Part shown: positions 7,250 to 18,021 of the stretch, piece by piece
Numbering within the stretch: position 1 is the first letter of the stretch
How the letters are laid out: the number at the start of each line of letters is the position of its first letter
NCBI RefSeq assembly: GCF_000251105.1
Contig: NC_017034.1
Location: forward strand, 505,350-537,349
Source of the DNA: Methanocella conradii HZ254
Lineage (GTDB): Archaea > Halobacteriota > Methanocellia > Methanocellales > Methanocellaceae
Direction: 5' to 3'
DNA length: 32,000 nt
Translations under genes and position numbers: made by a program
Notes under the pieces: generated by a model
The model's database searches: none
What the model saw: only the letters and a program-made list of their open reading frames with translations
Told to the model about the DNA's origin: nothing

Positions 7250-8861
7250 CGCTCGTATAAATACTCTTATTGTAAATGCAGAACCCCTTGAACTTCATGG
7301 CTATAGCCGATAGCTGCTCCGGGGACATGAACCTGGTCTCGAATCCAAGGTCTGAGGCCATCTTCTTACCCTCCGGGGACCAGGTGCTCACCACGTATCC
7401 CTTTTGGACGTTGCCAATTGTGCAGCTAAGCGTGCACTCCTCGCCATGCCTTGAAATTCTATATAATGGCTTAAGCCCGTCGCCCCCGAAGCAATACGAG
7501 CCATCGCCAATCAAAATGTACTCCTTGCCCAGCACCGAGCACTCCCTGGCGGCGTCGATGGCCATATAGGCTGGATAGCCCGCCCCCAGCATTAAATAAA
7601 AATTCCTGCACACATCCACAGCCGCCTCCTCAAGCACCCTGTAGAACGTGGCAACCCCGCATGCCGACCCATTATCCACGAGCTTCGCCGCCTCAGCGTG
7701 GCTGGAGCACGAATTGAAGAAAAACATGGGCGTATTATTCTCCTCAATGTCCCTCGCCTTCGCGAACCCGTCGCGGCATTTAAACCCCCTCTCATCGCAA
7801 TGCCCTATAAGCTGTATGATGTCGAATCCTCTGGCGAAAACGCGGGAAAAGCCGGAAACGTCGAGGCCCCAAAAGACCTGCATGGCTGACGCCGCATCGG
7901 ATAGGGCCTCTATCACCACGTCTACCTCCTCCGACATGTCGGCCTCGTTACAGATTATGCCCACCCTTACCTTCTTCTTACGAGGGTATCTCTGCGAGTT
8001 CATGAAAGCGCGCGGGGTAGCTTTAACAGCATCAACCGGATATCCCTCAGAAAACCATAGCTGGGAGCGCGCAGGCATTAACGATGGCACCACTACAGAG
8101 CGCTCGCCCTTATCTACGCCAGGGAGCGCCACGCCCTGCCGGCCAAGAAAACCGTTGACCGACAGCGATACAAGGCTCCTCTCAGTCATAGGAGAAGAGC
8201 GAGGAGAATATATGGCAGATAGCGAGTGCAAAAGGTAAGGGAGCGCCTCCACGCTCTCCGGAACAGGGTCGAGGTACGCCGCCATATGCCAGACGGGAAG
8301 CTCATCCAGGTTAGGACCCGCGTCATGATAAAGGAGAAGGCGCTCATCCGGCCGCATGTAAAAAACGTCCACGGCCGGCCTGCCGAGGGCCTTTCTGACG
8401 TCCAGGCCATTCAGGGCTCCGCCCGAAGCCACCGCATATCTCACGGCGCAATCTAAGTAGAAGGTCCGCCGCAGCATATCCCCCATCCAGAGCTCAATCT
8501 CAGGAAAATTCGGCAGCACGATGCGCCCTCCAGAGCCTAGCTCAATAAATGCCGCGCCATCGGCCTCCAGGGATGCTCCGAGGTAGTAGGCGAGCGTCGC
8601 TGCCGGGTATAGAAAACGGTAGTCTGGCGGCAGGTGGAATGAGAACCGTTCCCTCTCTACCGCCCTTTTATCAAAAGCGACATCTGAGACCCGGATCAAT
8701 GGTGGCGGTCGCCTGTATAATGGGTTGCTCTTCTGGGGGCTATTTAATCGCCCCGCCGTGCATATCGTTGATAGGCATCTGAAAACGTCTTCGACATCCC
8801 TTGAAGTATATATAACGCCACTCTGGCCTGACATCGAAGGACCATACCCACTTTCATACAC
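7164..8861 (-). CDS. Hypothetical protein with a C-terminal CHAT/caspase-like (His-Cys dyad) peptidase domain
   Basis: 565-aa ORF with a GTG start at 8861; the first ATG is at 8834. Residues about 297-440 (nt 7542-7973) read VRVGIICNE...FDIIQLIGHCDERGFKCRDGF...TPMFFFNSCSSHAEAAKLV..GSACGVATFYRVLEEAAVDVCRNFYLMLGAGYPAYMAIDAAR. This follows the CHAT pattern: hfaGHg..g..l.dG, then lvvLsaCeS, then G..svva....v.d.aa..f...fY..l..G.....Al. I did not recognise the N-terminal ~295 aa. Confidence 0.55.
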   Translation of the reverse strand: MYESGYGPSMSGQSGVIYTSRDVEDVFRCLSTICTAGRLNSPQKSNPLYRRPPPLIRVSDVAFDKRAVERERFSFHLPPDYRFLYPAATLAYYLGASLEADGAAFIELGSGGRIVLPNFPEIELWMGDMLRRTFYLDCAVRYAVASGGALNGLDVRKALGRPAVDVFYMRPDERLLLYHDAGPNLDELPVWHMAAYLDPVPESVEALPYLLHSLSAIYSPRSSPMTERSLVSLSVNGFLGRQGVALPGVDKGERSVVVPSLMPARSQLWFSEGYPVDAVKATPRAFMNSQRYPRKKKVRVGIICNEADMSEEVDVVIEALSDAASAMQVFWGLDVSGFSRVFARGFDIIQLIGHCDERGFKCRDGFAKARDIEENNTPMFFFNSCSSHAEAAKLVDNGSACGVATFYRVLEEAAVDVCRNFYLMLGAGYPAYMAIDAARECSVLGKEYILIGDGSYCFGGDGLKPLYRISRHGEECTLSCTIGNVQKGYVVSTWSPEGKKMASDLGFETRFMSPEQLSAIAMKFKGFCIYNKSIYTSVREAAMKAAEDSRDDSHHCKRKRPRPGS

Positions 8862-9099
8862 TATATCTGCTCCCCGCTCAGACTCATGGTTTTCAAACCC
8901 AGCTATAGCATCCTATCGCTCTTAATACTTTCTATTTTGAAATTTCTATTACTATCCTCCATGTTTGCCCCTCATAGCAAAACCTATAAATAGCAAGAAC
9001 GGGTTATAAGAGAATCCGCCGCCTGGGCTGCAATGCAAAAGCTTGTGGCAAAGGACGGCGATATATAGCTAAAGCATCCTGGAATGCAAAACCAGGGAT

Positions 9100-9116
9100 G
9101 AAAAACTATATATATG
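9100..9116 (+). promoter_or_regulatory. Candidate rRNA operon promoter (BRE/TATA); further TATA-like boxes lie upstream
   Basis: GAAAAAC-TATATATAT at 9100-9115, about 220 nt upstream of the 16S 5' end. Other TATA-like boxes are at 8985-8992 (TATAAATA), 9004-9011 (TTATAAGA) and 9061-9068 (ATATATAG). Confidence 0.35.
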
Positions 9117-9335
9117 AAAGACAGAGTATGTATGATTCCCGAACATTTCGGGAACTCAGCCACAGTCCGCTCATACGGCTTGACCCTGTGTAACAAACAC
9201 GGGATGAATTGCCGCTCTAAGGCTGTGGCAAATATGAGGATTCGAGGGGCGCACCTTTTTGGTGTGGTCGCGATTCTGATGTTGTTTGGTTGGTTGTTCG
9301 AGTAGTCTTTGTTTCTTGGTTTGTGGTGTGCGATA

Positions 9336-10808
<1,473 letters not shown>

Positions 10809-10903
10809 AACGAATAACACAGACAAGAACGACAAGAAACAAGACTCGAAAAACAACCAAACAAACAAAGACACACGACTGGGCGTGCCAACGCCTTGAA
10901 AAG

Positions 10904-10979
10904 GGGCTTGTAGATCAGCAGGAAGATCGCCGCCTTTGCAAGGCGGAGGCCCTGGGTTCGAATCCCAGCAAGTCCACCA
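10904..10979 (+). tRNA. tRNA-Ala (anticodon TGC) in the 16S-23S spacer, with encoded CCA
   Basis: GGGCTTGTAGATCAGCAGGAAGATCGCCGCCTTTGCAAGGCGGAGGCCCTGGGTTCGAATCCCAGCAAGTCCACCA. The acceptor stem pairs GGGCTTG with CAAGTCC and carries the G3:U70 alanine identity pair. The anticodon loop is CTTTGCAAG and the T-loop is GGTTCGAATCC. Confidence 0.95.
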
Positions 10980-11009
10980 AAAACAAAAACAAAAACAAAA
11001 ACAAAAAAA
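10979..11009 (+). repeat. (AAAAAC)n microsatellite directly after tRNA-Ala
   Basis: C residues fall at 10984, 10990, 10996 and 11002 within an A-run, giving a period of 6 and about four units. Confidence 0.8.
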
Positions 11010-11279
11010 TAAAAGAATATAAACGTTAAACTAATAATGTTGATCGCCCCTATAAGAGGGGCTTGTCAGTGCACCTACCCACCGCGTGGTGAGTGGGGAA
11101 GATGTTGATGCACAACAACGGGGACACGGCGTCGACGAATGATCCTCGACGAATGATCATCGACGAAGCGTCCCGGGTTGTGCGTGTGATGCTGTGTGTA
11201 TGCGAGTCTCTGGACGTAAAATTGGATTGTAATTCACGCCTCGCACATGAGGCGTAGGTGTCACAGCGTATGCTAGTGT

Positions 11280-14204
<2,925 letters not shown>

Positions 14205-14313
14205 ACAACAAGACAAAAACACAAGGTTACAATCCAATACGCAAACCAAGAGACCCGCAAACACACAGCAAAACAACAAGGACAACCACCTCTCATGTTC
14301 AACACATGACTGG

Positions 14314-14437
14314 TTTTGGCGGCCAAAGCGGCGGGGAACCACCCGGACCCACACCGAACCCGGAAGTTAAGCCCGCCCACGTACCAGGGAGTACTCGGGT
14401 ACGCGAGTCCCCGGAAAACCTGGAACGCCGCCAAACC
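14314..14437 (+). rRNA. rrf: 5S ribosomal RNA
   Basis: The terminal helix pairs TTTGGCGGC (14315-14323) with GCCGCCAAA (14427-14435). Internal conserved blocks are CCGAACCCGGAAGTTAAGCCCGCC and GAGTACT. Confidence 0.9.
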
Positions 14438-14469
14438 ACCCTACACGACACCTTTGATAATACATCAAT

Positions 14470-15024
14470 TTATTTATTGTATATCCCCTTATTTTCAATC
14501 GTCCACGTAGTTGTAATTTTTACCTTATAGGTACCATTTGGATAACTCCGATCCTCAAACCTCGTCTCAACATTAGGTGATTCCCATTTTTTCCCGACGT
14601 CTAGAGGGATGGTTTCATTGTTATAAGATAATATTATTGTACCATTATGGTTTGTTCCAATTATTTTTGCCCCTGATTCTAGTTGATAAGGATATTCATA
14701 TATTCCGCTTATATTTAAATCCCTCCACATTCCCTCAGGCATGTCGTGGGAATGATAGAAACCATACAATATTTTGAGGCTATTGTTATTTTCTACATAT
14801 TTTCCTGCACTGTCATACTCAACAATAGGGGCTGGCACGGCTTCTCTTATATACTCAAAATAACCTTCGACCACTACACCGTGATCCCAATGAATTTCCT
14901 CCACGGCAATATATTTATTAGTTGGTAATTCATTCTGTTTATTATCGCCCACTATACAACCACCAAATAAAATCGTGCACGTTAATAAAATAAAAAATAT
15001 AACTTCCAATGATGCCTTTACCAT
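14470..15024 (-). CDS. Hypothetical secreted protein or lipoprotein (AT-rich block)
   Basis: 184 aa. The N-terminal hydrophobic segment ends in the lipobox-like LFGGC. GGTGAT lies a few nt upstream of the ATG, and the gene starts 22 nt after the upstream gene's stop, so the two look like an operon. Codon usage is visibly AT-rich compared with the flanks. No family recognised. Confidence 0.6.
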   Translation of the reverse strand: MVKASLEVIFFILLTCTILFGGCIVGDNKQNELPTNKYIAVEEIHWDHGVVVEGYFEYIREAVPAPIVEYDSAGKYVENNNSLKILYGFYHSHDMPEGMWRDLNISGIYEYPYQLESGAKIIGTNHNGTIILSYNNETIPLDVGKKWESPNVETRFEDRSYPNGTYKVKITTTWTIENKGIYNK

Positions 15025-15046
15025 CTAATCACCATTCATATGTTTA

Positions 15047-16039
15047 TCAAGGATGTGGCGGAGGGGAGTATCTTGGATCATATCTCGTTATGTATATATT
15101 TCCATAATACCCGTACAGGTCCCTGTAGTAATAATTCGCTACATTATCCGTGTAATATTCAAATATATGCTCGTTGTTAGGCAGATTCAACATTGACCCG
15201 GATAGGTCATAGGCATGGAAGTCCCTTACATACTTCCACGAGTTGACCATGCCAGGTCTAGGCTCTCCGTCCTCGTAATATTTTTCAAGTGCAATATCGA
15301 CATCTTTTATGTGCTCAGCTCTAGGTAGTGTAAATGTCTTGACATATGCAGTGTTCGTATCCAAGTCATATACACAGTATTCCACTCTATTGTAATTGCC
15401 ATTACCGTCTATGCCTACTGGTCTGACATAGATCATAAAATCGTGGATCGAGGGGAAATAGCACCAGTCTATCCATGGATATGCAAATGCTTTACTATAA
15501 ATTGTGAATGTTATAGTATTATCGTATCTCGTCATCTGGATACAATTTTCAGCATCACCATCCCCCCACTGGTGCATTACAAATTCTTCTTTGCCATTGT
15601 TCTCCAGATCGTATAACCAATCGACAACGCCATCTACAAACCATGCTCTTGGTCCACCATCTTTATTACCGAATCCGATATAGGTATTCGACCAGTGTGG
15701 ATCATATACCCTTGTCGGCGTAGTACTTATTGACATACTGCTTACATTACCTCTACTATACGTGTCATTATATATAAACGGTCTAGTGGCTTCTCTATAC
15801 GTTGGTTTTATATTATTCTCCCCAGAACTTTTATATTCATTATACGGCGGGAGTTTATCGGATTTACCAGTAAGGTAATCCCTAATCGCCTTTACGAGTT
15901 CCGCGTGTTCACCATACCCTGAATCTTTATCTGCCAATCCATCTATCCGGGATCGTGCACCAGCCATTCCGGGCGCTGTTATCGCTAGTATGAAAATAGC
16001 CAATATGAACAGCGCTCCAAGCTTTATATTAGTCTTCAT
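15047..16039 (-). CDS. Hypothetical secreted protein, Tyr/Asn/Asp-rich (AT-rich block)
   Basis: 330 aa. The signal-peptide-like N-terminus is MKTNIKLGALFILAIFILAITAPGMAGA and the C-terminus is YDPRYSPPPHP. No family recognised. It is preceded by leader cassette copy A. Confidence 0.65.
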   Translation of the reverse strand: MKTNIKLGALFILAIFILAITAPGMAGARSRIDGLADKDSGYGEHAELVKAIRDYLTGKSDKLPPYNEYKSSGENNIKPTYREATRPFIYNDTYSRGNVSSMSISTTPTRVYDPHWSNTYIGFGNKDGGPRAWFVDGVVDWLYDLENNGKEEFVMHQWGDGDAENCIQMTRYDNTITFTIYSKAFAYPWIDWCYFPSIHDFMIYVRPVGIDGNGNYNRVEYCVYDLDTNTAYVKTFTLPRAEHIKDVDIALEKYYEDGEPRPGMVNSWKYVRDFHAYDLSGSMLNLPNNEHIFEYYTDNVANYYYRDLYGYYGNIYITRYDPRYSPPPHP

Positions 16040-16256
16040 TCAATTCCTCCCTTACTAGCGCCGCATCGGGGAGGCTCAAACAAGGCTTTATCTATGATAA
16101 AGTCTAACTTCTCATTGCCTTCGGGTTCCTGGGCCGGTCTTCTCTGGACGGACGGCCGGACCCAGGATTAGACGACGCTCACTATACAAGCTATTACCTA
16201 CCAATATTTATAATTTCTATCACGAACTGCTAACTGTGAAAATAAGACGTTAAAAG
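16040..16256 (-). promoter_or_regulatory. Promoter plus structured 5' leader cassette, copy A
   Basis: Aligns along its whole length with 17245-17462. Read on the minus strand, the elements in order are: TTTTCACAGTTAGCAGTTCGTGA, then the TATA box AAATTATAAATAT (plus 16204-16216), then a hairpin (plus 16128-16166), then the conserved CCCGAAGGCAATGAG, then the hairpin CCTCCC/GGGAGG (plus 16046-16074) that occludes the SD, then the ATG at 16039. Confidence 0.6.
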
Positions 16257-16300
16257 CTGAAAAGATGTACAGATAGCGATAACTAAAAAACAATTACAAA

Positions 16301-16416
16301 TTTATCGGCAAAAGTGGCGATTTTTCGACCACACCGAACCCGAAAGTTAAGCCCGCCAACGATCCATCGAGTACTAAGGTATGCGAGTCCTTGGGAAAAC
16401 GGAACGCCGCCAAACC
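16301..16416 (+). pseudogene. Degenerate second 5S rRNA copy (5S-like pseudogene or orphan)
   Basis: Collinear with the 5S gene at 14314-14437. Identical blocks are CACACCGAACCCG, AAGTTAAGCCCGCC, GAGTACT, GCGAGTCC and GGAACGCCGCCAAACCA. Several helices are disrupted without compensation: helix I is TTATCGGC against GCCGCCAA; ACTAA replaces the ACTCG that pairs with CGAGT; and the helix II/III region is shortened. Confidence 0.6.
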
Positions 16417-16496
16417 AACCAAAAACAAAAAAACACATCTGAAATAAATTTTACAATTGGGACAATAGATTCCTCCAGTCATATACCTGAAAAAGA

Positions 16497-16898
16497 CTAT
16501 ATTGGCGATGTGGACAAGTTCGCATTATCGATATCGATTACCAGTTCATTCCTTCCGTCAACGATCGCGTAAGCTTCTATTTTTTTGCTTGAGCCGTCAA
16601 ATTTAAACCGGTATATCGTGTTTAGTTTTATAGTTTCATTTGCCGATGGGGGAGAACTGTCCTCACCAGTACTACCGGAAATGACATCTAAGCCCTTAAT
16701 TTCCTTTGCTGAGCCAAAATCCACACATCTGATATTGAGATAAGTCCCACTTGCGTCGCTGGTCTTATTTGCTATGAATGCCGGCGGAATATATACGCTG
16801 CCGTGTCCCGCGAGCCAGGCATTTACCGTATAAACAATTAATATGAACAGTATAAACAGTAAGGTAGCGCATGCCATCATTTTAATATCTACTTTCAT
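16497..16898 (-). CDS. Hypothetical membrane-anchored or secreted protein (AT-rich block)
   Basis: 133 aa with the N-terminal hydrophobic segment ACATLLFILFILIVYTVNAWLA. The SD-like AGGTGAGG lies directly upstream of the ATG. No family recognised. Confidence 0.55.
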   Translation of the reverse strand: MKVDIKMMACATLLFILFILIVYTVNAWLAGHGSVYIPPAFIANKTSDASGTYLNIRCVDFGSAKEIKGLDVISGSTGEDSSPPSANETIKLNTIYRFKFDGSSKKIEAYAIVDGRNELVIDIDNANLSTSPI

Positions 16899-17001
16899 AA
16901 CCTCACCTATATGTTACGATTGTATGATCCATAAAAATAAAAACGTAGAAGTCATTTATATTCATTTATTTCCGCTACTTCTCCGGTCATTGCATCAATC
17001 G

Positions 17002-17244
17002 TTACACTTCCTCCATGATATCGTCTTTAGGCTCGCCGAGAACATCTACGATCCAGGCGACTTTTTGCTTTTCATCCGGTGTGTATATGACGTTTAGCGT
17101 TGCATCAGCTCTGGCAACAGAAATGTTATCAAATTGGGCAGATGCGATCGTTATGGCTTTATCTTCAGTTGCGAAAGCTTCGGGGATGCCTGTTACTCCT
17201 AATAGCATGTAAAAAAATAAAATCGTCACTATTCTTTTCGTCAT
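17002..17244 (-). CDS. Hypothetical small secreted protein (AT-rich block)
   Basis: 80 aa with the signal-peptide-like MTKRIVTILFFYMLLGVTGIPEAFA. It is preceded by leader cassette copy B. Confidence 0.5.
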   Translation of the reverse strand: MTKRIVTILFFYMLLGVTGIPEAFATEDKAITIASAQFDNISVARADATLNVIYTPDEKQKVAWIVDVLGEPKDDIMEEV

Positions 17245-17462
17245 TTTCTTCTCCCCTCTATAGCGCCGCTTTCAGGGGAGCTCATAGGCTGAATTTATAT
17301 ATGAAATCCCAACCCCTCATTGCCTTTGGGCACCTGTGTCCGGTCTTCTTTCCAGGGGCCGGACTCCGGGATTTGACGGCGCTTGTATAGCAAATTATTA
17401 CTAAGCAATATATTTATAATTTCTCTCATGAACTGTTAACTGTGAAAATAAGATGTTAAAAG
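17245..17462 (-). promoter_or_regulatory. Promoter plus structured 5' leader cassette, copy B
   Basis: Paralogue of 16040-16256. It has the same order of conserved blocks and the same TATA box (plus about 17409-23). Its hairpin core is GTCCGG/CCGGAC (17338-17364). Its SD-occluding hairpin is CTCCCCT/AGGGGAG (17251-17280), with the loop core GCGGCGCTA conserved. Confidence 0.6.
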
Positions 17463-17546
17463 AGATATGCCACAAGGCTTAAGCCCCGCATCCAATCCTG
17501 TCAATCGCAAACTTCTTATCGAATCCTCTTATAATTTCATACAGCT

Positions 17547-18020
17547 ATGGATTTAAACGATATAACGAGAGACATCGAGCGCATCGGGCTTCCGAAGCGC
17601 CCTCGCGAGAGAATGCCTGACTTATCAGTAAAATATGGCAAGGTCAAGGCTTTAATATTTAGATTGCTGGCGTTATCGCTATTGGCGGTCATAGCGGCCT
17701 TCAGCATCCTCGTATTATCGCACTACAGGTCCTCCATAATGGCGCTCATCGTTTTAGTTTATGTGGTTCTGGGAGGGCTCCTGGCGTATAAGCTCTTTAG
17801 CCTTACGTATACTGGGTGGGTCTACACATTTTTCCTCTCATTGGCCGGCGTGATCCTGCCTTTGCTCGCCCTCGCCACCAGGGGCTTTTCCAATCCAGCG
17901 TTGACGATGGGGGCGGCGGCCGTATTCATTTTATCAGTCATATCGGCCGCCCTGCTGTGGTGGGCCAAAGACCTCCTGGGGATAAAAAGCTATAAGGATG
18001 TCTTCACGCCTTACGCCTGA
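17547..18020 (+). CDS. Hypothetical integral membrane protein
   Basis: 157 aa. A charged N-terminus is followed by about four hydrophobic helices. The TATA-like CTTATAATTT lies about 20 nt upstream. No family recognised. Confidence 0.55.
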   Translation: MDLNDITRDIERIGLPKRPRERMPDLSVKYGKVKALIFRLLALSLLAVIAAFSILVLSHYRSSIMALIVLVYVVLGGLLAYKLFSLTYTGWVYTFFLSLAGVILPLLALATRGFSNPALTMGAAAVFILSVISAALLWWAKDLLGIKSYKDVFTPYA

Positions 18021-18021
18021 C

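Noticed and set aside
8984-9305. ORFs 8984..9196 (-) and 9114..9305 (+) lie upstream of 16S.
   Set aside because: They lie in the rRNA promoter and leader, including the G/T-rich strand of the 16S processing stem, so they are unlikely to be translated.
10979-11170. The short tandem repeats, (AAAAAC)4 and the 14-nt TCGACGAATGATC repeats, were considered as a possible CRISPR array.
   Set aside because: The units are directly adjacent with no spacers and are far shorter than CRISPR repeats. They lie inside the rRNA operon spacer, and no cas genes are present in the window.
14314-16416. The 5S and 5S-like pair were considered as attL/attR of an integrase-mediated island inserted into the 5S gene.
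   Set aside because: The two copies are substantially diverged rather than identical over a core. The second copy spans nearly the whole gene rather than just a 3' segment. No integrase or recombinase gene is present in or next to the block. Ancient tandem duplication or recombination is the more conservative reading.
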